From positions 8,353 to 72,352 of the forward strand of contig CAYVHV010000012.1 of assembly GCA_964451305.1 (NCBI GenBank): DNA of 64,000 nucleotides, written 5' to 3'. This document shows, piece after piece, positions 26,964-36,505 of this stretch. The position numbers were made by a program, and so were the translations under genes. Each line of letters starts with the position of its first letter. Within the stretch, counting starts at the first letter, position 1. Source of the stretch: an uncultured Acidimicrobiales bacterium. GTDB taxonomy: Bacteria > Actinomycetota > Acidimicrobiia > Acidimicrobiales > SHLQ01. The notes under the pieces are model-generated. The model made no database searches. It saw only the letters and a program-made list of their open reading frames with translations, and had not been told where the DNA came from.

Positions 26964-29462
26964 ATGGCTCATCGCTTGCCCCGCACGATCCTTCCCGTTT
27001 CGTACAACGTCGAGATCCAACCCGACCTCGTCAGCCATTCCTTTCGTGGAGCTGTCACGGCGACGTGCGAGGTCGTCGAGGCAACGAACGAGCTGCGCTG
27101 CAACGTTGCCGACCTCACATTGAGTGATGTGACCATCGATGGCAAAGCGGTCTCCTTCACGATCGATGACGAATCCGAACAACTTGTGATCGACTTGGGA
27201 GCGGAACGAGCGCTGGGACCACTGACGTTCGCTGCATCATTCGAGGGAGAACTCAACGACGCTCTGAAGGGGTTCTATCGCTCGACCTTTACCGACGATG
27301 ACGACGTCGAGCACACGATTGCGACAACACAGTTTCAGTCAACCGACGCTCGCCGAGCCTTCCCGTGTTGGGACGAGCCGGACATGAAGGCAACCTTCGA
27401 AATTACGCTCGTCGTCGACCCACGATTCACTGCGGTAAGCAACGGGGCCGAAGTCTCGCGGGAAGACCGCGATGACGGACTCGTCGCGATCGGCTTTGCC
27501 GAAACGATGAAGATGTCGACGTATCTCGTCGCCTTCGTCGTCGGCCCGCTCGAGATCTCAGAGCCCGCCTTCCACCGCGATGTGCCGATCCGCATCGTGC
27601 ATCGTCCAGGTCAAGGCCACCTGACCGGGTTCGCGCTCGAGGTCGCAGTTCATGCCCTTGCCTACTTCGAGGACTACTACGGGATCCCCTACCCCGCGGA
27701 CAAGCTCGACATGATCGCGCTGCCCGACTTCGCGATGGGCGCAATGGAGAACTTGGGGTGTGTCACCTACCGAGAGATCCTGCTCCTCGTCGATCCCGAC
27801 GCTGCGACCCAACCCGAACTTCAGAACGTCGCCGATGTGATCAACCATGAGCTCGCACACATGTGGTTTGGCGATCTGGTCACGATGGGATGGTGGAATG
27901 GCATCTGGCTGAACGAGGCGTTCGCAACCTTCATGGAGATGAAGGCGACCGACGATCACCGTCCTGAATGGATGCGTTGGACGAGCTTTGGAATCAGCCG
28001 TTCTGCAGCGTTCGACATCGACAGTCTCGAAGCCACCCGCCCTATCGAGTTCCCGGTCGTATCACCCGAAGACGCCGAAGGCATGTTCGACCTGCTCACC
28101 TACGAAAAGGGGGCGGCGGTTGTTCGTATGCTCGAACAATGGCTTGGCGAAGAAACGTTCCGAGAGGGCATCCGCCACTACCTCGCAACCCACGCCTACG
28201 GGAACACCGAGACCCATCACCTGTGGGATGCACTCGAGCATATCTCGGGTCGGCCGGTCACCGCTGCAATGGAGACGTGGATCTTCCAAGGCGGGTACCC
28301 GGTCATCGAGGTGACCGCGGGTGAGCTACACCAGCGTCGATTTACCTACACCGGAAAGGGCGAAGCGCAGACGTGGTCGGTTCCAGTGCAATTGCGGACG
28401 ACGTCGGGAGATGTCCACACCGTGGAAGTCCACGAAGACACCGCCGAGCTTCCGGTGCCCGAATCGAGTGTCGCGACATACAACCACTCGGGCAACGGCT
28501 TCTTCCGAGTAAAGGTCCCACGCGAACAGCTGAAGGCCTACGGCGCAAGCGGCGTTGAGGGCCTCGCCCCCGTCGAACGTTTCGGACTGCTCGACGATTC
28601 GTGGACGTTGACCCTCGCCGGCGAAGTCGACCTCGCCGACTACCTCGCGCTCATCGGTGGATATTCGACCGAGACCGATGTATCGGTGTGGCAGCGTGCG
28701 ATCGGTTCGTTGAGCTTCATCGATCACGTCGCATCGGACTCGGACCGGGCCGCGCTGGGCACCATGATCAATGCACTCATCGCTCCGACGCGAGACAAAC
28801 TCGGTACTGAGCCGCCGGCAGGTGAGTCACCTCGAGACGGGCAGTTGCGCGGTTCGCTGTTCGCTGCGGCAGGCACGCTCACCGCCGACGGTTCAGACAC
28901 TCGAAATACGGCGATCGCGTTTGCCCGCGAGATCCTTGCGGCCGACGCCCCCGATGCCGAGCTGCGAAGCGCTGCGGTGAAGATCGTGGCGGCCAACGGC
29001 ACCGACGACGACTTTGCGACATTCCGCTCTGGATTCGAAACCGCTTCTACTCCCCAAGATGAGATCCGTAACCTCTACGCGTTGCCCGCCTTCCCCAGTT
29101 CGACCCATATCGACACGGTTGTATCGATGGCGCTCGACGGGTCGATCCGCACACAGAACGCGCCGTTCGTTCTCGCTCAAGCATTGATGAGCCGCGACCA
29201 CGGTGCGGCCACGTGGGACCGGATCAGTCGCAGCTGGGACGATGTCAACGAACAGTTCCCGTCAAATACGATCGTGCGCATGCTGACCGGCATCCGCTGG
29301 CTGACCAACGAAGACACCCGTACATTGGTACGAGACTTCTTTACCGACCGCGAGATCCCACAGGGTCAAAAGCAGCTCGATCAGCACCTCGAACGCCTCG
29401 ATGTCAACGCTGCATTTCAGACTCGCGTGCAACAGAACCTACAGGCAGCACTTCAGCGTTGA
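26964..29462 (+). CDS. pepN: Aminopeptidase N (M1 family)
   Basis: ORF 26808..29462(+). GAMENLG exopeptidase motif and HELAHMWFGDLVTMGWWNGIWLNEAF (HExxH-x18-E). Start moved to ATG 26964 (MAHRLPRTILPVSY). Confidence 0.9.
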   Translation: MAHRLPRTILPVSYNVEIQPDLVSHSFRGAVTATCEVVEATNELRCNVADLTLSDVTIDGKAVSFTIDDESEQLVIDLGAERALGPLTFAASFEGELNDALKGFYRSTFTDDDDVEHTIATTQFQSTDARRAFPCWDEPDMKATFEITLVVDPRFTAVSNGAEVSREDRDDGLVAIGFAETMKMSTYLVAFVVGPLEISEPAFHRDVPIRIVHRPGQGHLTGFALEVAVHALAYFEDYYGIPYPADKLDMIALPDFAMGAMENLGCVTYREILLLVDPDAATQPELQNVADVINHELAHMWFGDLVTMGWWNGIWLNEAFATFMEMKATDDHRPEWMRWTSFGISRSAAFDIDSLEATRPIEFPVVSPEDAEGMFDLLTYEKGAAVVRMLEQWLGEETFREGIRHYLATHAYGNTETHHLWDALEHISGRPVTAAMETWIFQGGYPVIEVTAGELHQRRFTYTGKGEAQTWSVPVQLRTTSGDVHTVEVHEDTAELPVPESSVATYNHSGNGFFRVKVPREQLKAYGASGVEGLAPVERFGLLDDSWTLTLAGEVDLADYLALIGGYSTETDVSVWQRAIGSLSFIDHVASDSDRAALGTMINALIAPTRDKLGTEPPAGESPRDGQLRGSLFAAAGTLTADGSDTRNTAIAFAREILAADAPDAELRSAAVKIVAANGTDDDFATFRSGFETASTPQDEIRNLYALPAFPSSTHIDTVVSMALDGSIRTQNAPFVLAQALMSRDHGAATWDRISRSWDDVNEQFPSNTIVRMLTGIRWLTNEDTRTLVRDFFTDREIPQGQKQLDQHLERLDVNAAFQTRVQQNLQAALQR

Positions 29463-30607
29463 GCACTCCCGCCCGAAGGCTCCGGCCACCATTTTCATCA
29501 CTCGACGAGCACGAGGTCTTTGCCGTCGAAGCCGAAGACGTCCAGCTATGTGTTCGATCGAGCTCAGACGAGGTCGTGGTGGCCGTTGCTGGTCAGCGGG
29601 TAGCGGCGAGAACCCAAGACGGTGTTGCCGTCGTGTCGATCGGTGATTTGCACCCAAATACGACCTATGTGGCATCGCTCGAAACCGGTCGAGGCGACCG
29701 CGCTGCACAGCTTTCGTTCACGACGCGGCCCGCTCTCTTGGGAGCCACCACCAAGTTCGCCACCATCTCCGACGTTCATCTCGGAGCAACCGACTTTGGT
29801 GGCGCACCTTCGGTCTCCGAACCTGCAGGAACCACTCCGCCGTTCGCGTTACGTTGCGCCGCTGCGGCGGTGAGCGAAGCGATTGCGTGGGGTGCAGAAG
29901 CACTTCTCATCAAAGGCGACCTCACCGATACCGGATCGGATGAAGACTGGGGACTCGCACACGAGCTCCTCGACGATCTTCCAATACCGGTAATGGCGAC
30001 GTGGGGAAACCACGACGTGTGGAAGACCCGCGACATCGATCCAAGCGACGCTGCCAGGACGTTCTCGTTTGCGTCGGGCCCCGTCATCACCGCCGAACTT
30101 GGCCCGATCCGAATCGTGCTCGCTGACACGTCGATGCCGGACAAAGGAATGGGTGACCTCGCCCAACACGCCGACCAGATGCTCCAGTACGCCGATACCG
30201 ATCGGCCGGTCTTCCTCGGCATTCATCACAACATCATGCGGACACCGGTCCCGTGGTTCTGGCCAGCGGGCATTCCATCGACCAACGCCGCACCGGTGCT
30301 CGCCGAACTTGCCCGAGTGAACCCCAACACGTTCATTAGCTCAGGGCACACCCATCGCAATCGACGCCACCATGTCGGCCCAAACCGTGGGCTCACCTTT
30401 ACCGAGGTCTCCGCAACAGCGGACTATCCCGGTGCCTGGGCCGGCTATGAGGTCTCCGAAGACATGATTCGCCAGACGGTCCGCCGTACCGCAGCACCCG
30501 AAGCGCTCAACTGGAGCGAGCGTCACCGAAGCGCCATCAACGGCGTCTGGGCCCGTTGGGCCCAAGGTCGCCTCGATGACCGTTGCGTAGACGTGGCGAT
30601 CACCTAG
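29459..30607 (+). CDS. Calcineurin-like metallophosphoesterase with N-terminal FN3-like (purple-acid-phosphatase-type) domain
   Basis: ORF 29213..30607(+). ISDVHLG, ...KGDLTDTG..., ...WGNHDV..., ...GIHHN... and ...SGHTHRN are the MPE motifs. No ATG follows the pepN stop; the proposed TTG 29459 overlaps it, so start confidence is low. Confidence 0.7.
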   Translation: MSTPARRLRPPFSSLDEHEVFAVEAEDVQLCVRSSSDEVVVAVAGQRVAARTQDGVAVVSIGDLHPNTTYVASLETGRGDRAAQLSFTTRPALLGATTKFATISDVHLGATDFGGAPSVSEPAGTTPPFALRCAAAAVSEAIAWGAEALLIKGDLTDTGSDEDWGLAHELLDDLPIPVMATWGNHDVWKTRDIDPSDAARTFSFASGPVITAELGPIRIVLADTSMPDKGMGDLAQHADQMLQYADTDRPVFLGIHHNIMRTPVPWFWPAGIPSTNAAPVLAELARVNPNTFISSGHTHRNRRHHVGPNRGLTFTEVSATADYPGAWAGYEVSEDMIRQTVRRTAAPEALNWSERHRSAINGVWARWAQGRLDDRCVDVAIT

Positions 30608-30685
30608 ATCGGCATACCGCGCCGATGCCACAAACGCTCGTCGGCAGCGGCCGAAGAATCCCCCTAGTGGCTAATCTCACCGAGT

Positions 30686-31945
30686 ATGAACTTTGACCTA
30701 TCGGCAATCGAGCTCCGGGTGATGTGTGCGTTGGCGGAAAAAGAGTCGACGACACCGGATCAGTATCCGCTGAGCACGAACGCCCTTCGCTCGGCGTGCA
30801 ATCAAAAGACGAGCCGCGATCCAATCACCGATGTCTCCGAAGCCGACATCGAATCAACCATCTTGTCGTTACGAGAGCGCGGTCTCGTTCGCAGCCTGAA
30901 ACCGACAGGTTCGCGGAGTTGGAAACATCGCCAAACCCTGCCCGAAGTCCTTCCGCTCACCGACGGCGAGTTGGCGCTGGTGACCGTGCTTGGGTTGCGC
31001 GGTCCGCAAACTCCTGGTGAACTCCGCCAGCGCACCGAGCGCATTTCCTCCTTCGAATCGGTCGAAGAATTAGAGGGCACACTCCAGGGTCTCGCGAACC
31101 GGGACAACCCTGTCGTAGAGAACCTCGGACGCGAGCCCGGCCAAAGCCAAGACCGCTGGATGCATCGTCTAAGCAGCGACACCCAAAGTCCTCAGCAGGG
31201 TCGCCAGCGCGTGATGGCAGCGGAGTTCGCTGCACTGCACGAGTCGGGATTCTTTGCGCTCCCCAACCCGTGGGACCTCATGTCGGCCAAAGCCATGGAG
31301 GCTGCCGGTGCCAAAGCGGTCGCGACGAGTAGCGCTGCGTTAGCCGCAGTTCTCGGCAAGGATGACTATGGGATCGAGCGCTCCGAGCTGGTCGACCATG
31401 TCGCTCAACTCGCGGAACACCTCTCCATCCCGGTACACGTCGATAGCGAACAGCTCTTCCCGAACGACCCCGGTGGTATTGCCGAGACGGTTCGACTGCT
31501 CGCAGGCGCGGGAGCGGCGGGGGTCTCTATTGAAGACTTTGATCCCGCAACCGAATCGATCATCGATCGGTCAGCGGCCATCGAGGCCGTCACCGAAGCT
31601 GTCGACGCGTGTCGTCAGCATCATCTCGTGCTCACCGCGCGCCATGAGAGTCACCTCTATGGTCCTGCCTCGCTCGACGAAACCATCGAGTGTTTATCGG
31701 CATATGCCGACGCCGGCGCGGACTGTGTGTACGCCCCAGGCCTCACCGACACGGACGAGATCCAACGGCTGGTTGAAAACGTTGGGGCGCCGGTCAACGT
31801 GCTGGCGTTACCCGACGCTCCAGAAAGCGAGTTCCTCGAGTTGATTGGCGTTCGCCGAGCATCCACGGGATCGCTGCTGTTCCGAAACGTCGAACGAACT
31901 ATGGTGGCGGCGATAACCAACTTCCTCGGAAACGGATCACTATGA
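30686..31945 (+). CDS. Fusion protein: N-terminal YceH/DUF480 winged-helix domain plus C-terminal isocitrate lyase/PEP mutase family domain
   Basis: ORF 30686..31945(+). Residues 1-165 align with my recollection of E. coli YceH (LSAIELRVMCALAEKESTTPDQYPLSTNALRSACNQKTSRDP...LRGPQTPGELRQRTERI...REPGQSQDRWMHRL). The rest is ...FFALPNPWDLMSAKAMEAAGAKAVATSSAA...VHVDSE...AGVSIED, which is ICL/PEPM-like. Confidence 0.75.
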   Translation: MNFDLSAIELRVMCALAEKESTTPDQYPLSTNALRSACNQKTSRDPITDVSEADIESTILSLRERGLVRSLKPTGSRSWKHRQTLPEVLPLTDGELALVTVLGLRGPQTPGELRQRTERISSFESVEELEGTLQGLANRDNPVVENLGREPGQSQDRWMHRLSSDTQSPQQGRQRVMAAEFAALHESGFFALPNPWDLMSAKAMEAAGAKAVATSSAALAAVLGKDDYGIERSELVDHVAQLAEHLSIPVHVDSEQLFPNDPGGIAETVRLLAGAGAAGVSIEDFDPATESIIDRSAAIEAVTEAVDACRQHHLVLTARHESHLYGPASLDETIECLSAYADAGADCVYAPGLTDTDEIQRLVENVGAPVNVLALPDAPESEFLELIGVRRASTGSLLFRNVERTMVAAITNFLGNGSL

Positions 31946-32592
31946 CCACCACCGATAGCGACGAAACTCCCGCTCGGCCCGTTCACCTGACCGTCTATTC
32001 GGACTTTCTCTGACCGTGGTGCTACGTCGGGACCGTGCGTCTCGACAAGCTGCAAGAACAGATGGGTGACCGAATCACCGTCGAGTGGAAGTCCTTTCTA
32101 TTGCGAGCGGAGCCAAAGACGGACGATCACGATGCGTTCGTCGAGTACACAACGTCGTGGCTGCGCCCGGCCGAGATGGAGGCCGAAGCACACTTCACCG
32201 TCTGGGCGAGTGCCGAAAGCCAACCCGATTCGAGCATTCCGGCCCAGGTCGCGTTCAAAACTGTCGAGGCGATCGCTCCCGAGCTCGCCAAGCCGTTCCA
32301 CGACCGGCTGATGACCGCATACTTCACCGAGAACCGCAATATCTCAAATAGCGACGTCCTCATGGAACTCGCTGGCGACGTGGGGGTCGATACCGCCGCT
32401 CTTGAAGAAGCGGGCCGAAGCCGCCGTGACGAGTTCACTCAGCTCGTGATCGACGAACACAACAGCGCAATGTCCCACAACGTCACCGGGATACCCACCG
32501 TGCTGTTTGAGAATCAGTTCCCCGTGCCGGGCGCGCAACCGCTCGCCGCATATGTGGACATCGTCGAACGGATCGAAGCGCACTTCGCGTAG
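31942..32592 (+). CDS. DsbA/FrnE-family thiol:disulfide oxidoreductase with in-frame TGA at the first Cys of CPWC (candidate Sec codon, or nonsense-disrupted gene)
   Basis: Manual translation from ATG 31942 (ATGA overlap with the upstream stop): MTTTDSDETPARPVHLTVYSDFL-TGA(32011-32013)-PWCYVGTVRLDKLQEQ..., continuous with track ORF 32035..32592. C-terminus NVTGIPTVLFENQFPVPGAQP is the DsbA/FrnE cis-Pro region. Confidence 0.6.
32026..32046 (+). promoter_or_regulatory. Hairpin 12 nt downstream of the in-frame TGA (SECIS-like candidate)
   Basis: gtcggga(c) / (g)tctcgac gives 7-8 bp including one G-U pair. The apical loop ccgtgcg contains GU, and a possible 3-bp lower stem (tgc/gca region) is separated by an internal loop. 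Confidence 0.35.
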
Positions 32593-32653
32593 CTGTGACC
32601 TGACCTGCTCGCGAGCGTTGACTACGGTGTGGCTGAACCGGCGGCTTTGACAC

Positions 32654-33247
32654 ATGACTTTCTCTTTCGAACCACAACTGATCAAACAGGACTCGGCGGT
32701 TCCCCTCAGAATGATGACCGGCGGCTGGATAGCTGGCGCTGCGATCATCTTGCTCATCGGACCGGTAGCAAACCGGCTCATTGCATTCATGGGAATCTCC
32801 TTGATCGCCGGGGGCTTGATCGCGCTTCACCTGCGTGGCACTCGCATGTGGCGGATGGTCCTCGGCGCGAGCGCTGGGGCTGTCGCTGCGTGGCTCGGCT
32901 TTCGTTTCGCATTCTCCGATCGACTACTCCCAGCGACCAGCGACCCGCTCGAGCTGGCAAATACCGATCTGCTCTTCGCCGTCGCCCTCGGTCTTTGTGT
33001 CCTTTCGATTGGTCTCGGCGGAGTGCTCGAGGCGGTCCGCGCACAGGGAACGCCGGGCTCATCTCCCGTTCCGGTCAAGATCTTCCTCATCGTCGTCGGC
33101 CTATTTATTACCGCGGCGATTGCGAGCGGCGCTGGGGTCTCTATGGGAATCACCCTCCTGCTCGCCATCGGTGCTGCTGCTGGACTGAGCGCTATGGCCT
33201 TCCTCCGAAGAGAACGTCCGGCGAGCGACTTCGTCCCACAACCCTGA
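32654..33247 (+). CDS. Hypothetical polytopic membrane protein
   Basis: ORF 32654..33247(+). About five hydrophobic segments (WIAGAAIILLIGPV..., FMGISLIAGGLIAL..., LLFAVALGLCVLSIGLGGV..., IFLIVVGLFITAAIA..., ITLLLAIGAAAGL). Confidence 0.6.
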   Translation: MTFSFEPQLIKQDSAVPLRMMTGGWIAGAAIILLIGPVANRLIAFMGISLIAGGLIALHLRGTRMWRMVLGASAGAVAAWLGFRFAFSDRLLPATSDPLELANTDLLFAVALGLCVLSIGLGGVLEAVRAQGTPGSSPVPVKIFLIVVGLFITAAIASGAGVSMGITLLLAIGAAAGLSAMAFLRRERPASDFVPQP

Positions 33248-33263
33248 CGGCTAGCCTCTCGGC

Positions 33264-34433
33264 GTGCGCGTACTCATCATCTCCAACGACGTCATCTCCG
33301 GCTTCGGGGTCCCCGTTGCGGCGCCTGGTCTACGGGCCATGGGCTTGGCCGCTGGTCTGACCGCTCACGGCCACGATGTATCGACATCGGTCCCGAGCGA
33401 CCTGCTCGCGCTCGTTTTCGGTGACGAGATCCCTCCAGCGCCCGACGGCGTCGACATCGTGTCTCCTCCCGATTTGATGGCTCACATAGAGCAGATCGGC
33501 GCCGACACCGTCGTATTTATCAACTCAAATTTGTCGCCACACCTGCACCCAACGCCAGGCGTCACGTTCGTCTACGACCTCTTTGCTCCGAAGTTGCTCG
33601 AGGGTCTAGCGAGCACGACCGGTGGGCGTCCGTTCGCTGGTGCGGCAGCGGAGAAGGAACGGGCACTTGCGCTCGCCGACCATGTGTGGGTGAATGGCCG
33701 GCGCAAGATGGGCTATGCGCTCGGTTGGTTACTGCGTGACGAGGTCGACCGGATCCGTACAGAGATCTTCGCCAAGCCTTCGCTTCGTGACCGCGACGTG
33801 GCGAACATGATCACCTTGGTCGAGATGCCGGTGTCGCTCCCCGAAACGGTCGAGGTTTCCACCGTCACGACCACCGAATCGCCAGACCCGGTGCGCCTCG
33901 GCCTTGCCGGATACGCACAAGCATGGAGCACGCTGTCCGAGGTCGCTCTTGGCCATCGGCTGATGATCGACGCTGGACATGCACTTCACGCCCTCACGCC
34001 ACAACACTGGGCGGGAAATCCCGATGATGCGCCGCGCCAAGCACTCCCTCCCGAAACGATTCTCCACGACGGACCATTGCCGTTCGATGAGTTCGCCCGC
34101 TGGGTGCAATCGATGGATGCGATGGTCGATCTCTTCGAACCCAGCGCAGAACGCGCCTTTGCCATGATCACGCGAAGCGCTGTAGCTCTTCGGCTCGGAG
34201 TGCCGCTTATCCATGCGGTCGATTCGGAGATCTCCGACGTAATCGAGTTCTACGACGCCGGCTGGGTTCTCGATCCTCACGATCACGATCGCTGGAACCA
34301 GATCGCCGTCGAGGTAGCAGATCCATCGATCCTCACTCGAAAGCAGCAGGGCGCTCGCCGAGTTTCACTCGAACGGTTTGCTCCTCACGCAGCCCTCGCC
34401 GAAGCGTCTGCTCGGCTGCAACACGCGACGTAA
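33264..34433 (+). CDS. Glycosyltransferase, GT-B fold (GT4-like, divergent)
   Basis: ORF 33264..34433(+). MRVLIISNDVISGFGVPVAAPGLRAMGLAAGLTAHGHDV is the typical GT4 N-terminus, with a divergent C-terminus ...ERAFAMITRSAVALRLGVPLI. GTG start. Confidence 0.6.
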   Translation: MRVLIISNDVISGFGVPVAAPGLRAMGLAAGLTAHGHDVSTSVPSDLLALVFGDEIPPAPDGVDIVSPPDLMAHIEQIGADTVVFINSNLSPHLHPTPGVTFVYDLFAPKLLEGLASTTGGRPFAGAAAEKERALALADHVWVNGRRKMGYALGWLLRDEVDRIRTEIFAKPSLRDRDVANMITLVEMPVSLPETVEVSTVTTTESPDPVRLGLAGYAQAWSTLSEVALGHRLMIDAGHALHALTPQHWAGNPDDAPRQALPPETILHDGPLPFDEFARWVQSMDAMVDLFEPSAERAFAMITRSAVALRLGVPLIHAVDSEISDVIEFYDAGWVLDPHDHDRWNQIAVEVADPSILTRKQQGARRVSLERFAPHAALAEASARLQHAT

Positions 34434-34444
34434 GGAGCGGCACC

Positions 34445-35518
34445 ATGTCAGAAACCGCCCCGACGAATCTGAGCGTGCTCGTTCCATTCTGGGGACTCGC
34501 TGGCGGGGTCATCAAGATCCTCGACTATGCGGCCCACGGAGTAGACCTCGGATTGGCGGTCACCGTCTGGGCTCCTCCACTTCCCGAAGCGGATCATCCA
34601 ATACATCAACTACCGGTCGCTCGACGTCTGATCGATGACCCTGCGGTGGATATCGCCCTCCTCGATGAACTCGACCTTCGAGACCGGGCAGGTGTCGGCC
34701 ACGTCGCCCTCTTTACCGAACCCACACATCATCGCCTGATCGAGCGAGCGATCGATCGACCTCTCGGCGCAACGCTGTGCCACCTGGTCCAAGGCACTCG
34801 ACATGCAAACCCGCTCTGGCAAGACGGCGTGAACTATCGGCTGTTACACCGACCGATGACCCGGATCGCCGTCACCCCCCAAGTCTTTGATGCGATCTCT
34901 CCGCTGGTCAACCAACGCTTCTCGCTCACCACGATCGTCGAGGGTCACGCTGCGGAGTACTTCAGCGGACGTCCCCCTCGCGACACGCTCGAAACACAGA
35001 CAGCTCGACCGTTGCGGGTTCTCTACACCACATGGAAATCTGACCTCGGCGACCGCGTTGCTGAGCTACTGGCCAACGACGAACGCTTCGCATTTATCGC
35101 AGTCCGCTCAGAAACCTCATGGCCGGCGTTGAGAAATCGGTACCACGGCGCCGACGTTCTCCTCTGCGCTCCTGGCCCCGAAGAGGGCTTCTACCTCCCT
35201 GGGCTTGAGGCAATGGCGGCCGAGGTCGCTGTGGTCTCTGCTGTCGTCGGCGGCAACGCCACCTATCTACATGACGGGGAGAATGCGTTGGTGGTTGGCT
35301 ATGACGACGCGGAGCAACATCGCGCAGCGCTCGTTCGCTTGGCCGAAAACCCGTCCTTGCGTCAGACGCTCGTAGCGACCGGCCGAGAGACAATTGCCCG
35401 CCATTCCCTTGTCCGAGAACGCGCCGATTTCAAAAGCGTCCTCGCAAACACACAACGCTCCGAACCAGCGCAGAACGGCCAACTAGCCTACGAAGCGAAC
35501 GACCAGGAGGCCCCATGA
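34445..35518 (+). CDS. Glycosyltransferase family 4 (GT-B)
   Basis: ORF 34445..35518(+). ...LLCAPGPEEGFYLPGLEAMAAEVAVVSAVVGGNATYLHDGENALVV contains the E-x7-E nucleotide-sugar motif. Confidence 0.75.
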   Translation: MSETAPTNLSVLVPFWGLAGGVIKILDYAAHGVDLGLAVTVWAPPLPEADHPIHQLPVARRLIDDPAVDIALLDELDLRDRAGVGHVALFTEPTHHRLIERAIDRPLGATLCHLVQGTRHANPLWQDGVNYRLLHRPMTRIAVTPQVFDAISPLVNQRFSLTTIVEGHAAEYFSGRPPRDTLETQTARPLRVLYTTWKSDLGDRVAELLANDERFAFIAVRSETSWPALRNRYHGADVLLCAPGPEEGFYLPGLEAMAAEVAVVSAVVGGNATYLHDGENALVVGYDDAEQHRAALVRLAENPSLRQTLVATGRETIARHSLVRERADFKSVLANTQRSEPAQNGQLAYEANDQEAP

Positions 35519-35817
35519 GCAGCACATCGCCAAATATCGGACTCACGCCAGCGACACCCATCACCTCCGATGAGAAGGCCGAACTCGACTTCCTGCGCTA
35601 TGAGGCGGCATACCTGCAACGCCGACTCGACGTTGTCGAAGACGAACTTGTTCACACCATCATCGAGCGCGACACCATTCGTCATGAGCGAAACCTAATG
35701 GCTCAGGACTTCTCGTGGACCCTCCAACGCCTCGCCCGCTCGCCAGCCGGTGTCGTGTTGTCACGCACCGCTGGATTCCGGCGCATGCTCGAAACGTGGG
35801 GACATGCCGCCGACTGA
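35515..35817 (+). CDS. Hypothetical small protein with predicted coiled coil
   Basis: ORF 35515..35817(+). ATGA overlap with the preceding GT. EKAELDFLRYEAAYLQRRLDVVEDELVHTIIERDTIRHE is heptad-like. Confidence 0.5.
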   Translation: MSSTSPNIGLTPATPITSDEKAELDFLRYEAAYLQRRLDVVEDELVHTIIERDTIRHERNLMAQDFSWTLQRLARSPAGVVLSRTAGFRRMLETWGHAAD

Positions 35818-36505
35818 CCGTCCATCGATAGAGGTCGTGCCAACGGCCGATCCAGAGGCACCCCCGCCCTTGACCCGTTGCTGCTATCGCGGGCGGCTCC
35901 GTCTTTCGGGGCCGGCGTCCGACGGCGAAGCCACCTTCGACGACTTGGTGATGCCGTCGGAACTCAACGACGCAATGTCATCGGCCGACATCGTGTCGAT
36001 CCTCGACCCGATGTCGTTCCCGTGGAACTCGATCGATCTCGATGTAAACGCGGTCGTGATCATCGACGCGTCGATGTGCAGCGATGACGACCTCGATGCT
36101 CTGCTGCCCGTGCTCGGTTCGCTGACCGCCGCAGACACGGTCATCGATCCGACCGACTCTCCCTCGCGTTCGTTGAGCCGAGCGTTGGGAACTCGCACTC
36201 ATCAGCCGTCGGTCGATGAGTGGCCGGCAGTCCAGCAGGAGAAGCACCTCCTGCGAGCCGATCGTCGAATCACCGATCGAATCGCCCGAGAGATCGGCGA
36301 CCACGCCATTGTCCAGCGCGTCGAGATCGACGAGCTCGTGGCGTCAGGAATTCGGATCGATACTTACCTATCTGAGGCCGCTGCTGCGCTGGATAGCACG
36401 GCGGTTGGCCTCTGGGGAGTCCGCACCGAGCCAGGCGCCCCGTTGCATCATGGATGGGCAATCTTTGAACCAACAGGTCACACGAACCAATGCATCCAGT
36501 ACTGA
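35804..36505 (+). CDS. Hypothetical protein
   Basis: ORF 35750..36505(+), with start moved to ATG 35804 (MPPTDRPS), overlapping the previous gene by 14 nt. No motif recognised. Confidence 0.45.
   Translation: MPPTDRPSIEVVPTADPEAPPPLTRCCYRGRLRLSGPASDGEATFDDLVMPSELNDAMSSADIVSILDPMSFPWNSIDLDVNAVVIIDASMCSDDDLDALLPVLGSLTAADTVIDPTDSPSRSLSRALGTRTHQPSVDEWPAVQQEKHLLRADRRITDRIAREIGDHAIVQRVEIDELVASGIRIDTYLSEAAAALDSTAVGLWGVRTEPGAPLHHGWAIFEPTGHTNQCIQY

Noticed and set aside
26111-27127. 338-aa plus-strand ORF overlapping the PfkB kinase gene and the pepN 5' region
   Set aside because: It is antisense to a gene with PfkB signatures and has an Arg-rich composition. The pepN start at 26964 is in a different frame.
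32035-32592. Taking GTG 32035 as the true start of the DsbA-like gene (as in the ORF track)
   Set aside because: Not fully rejected, but judged less likely. It would delete the entire CxxC active-site strand, while the 31 upstream in-frame codons spell the canonical DsbA/FrnE N-terminus apart from the single TGA.
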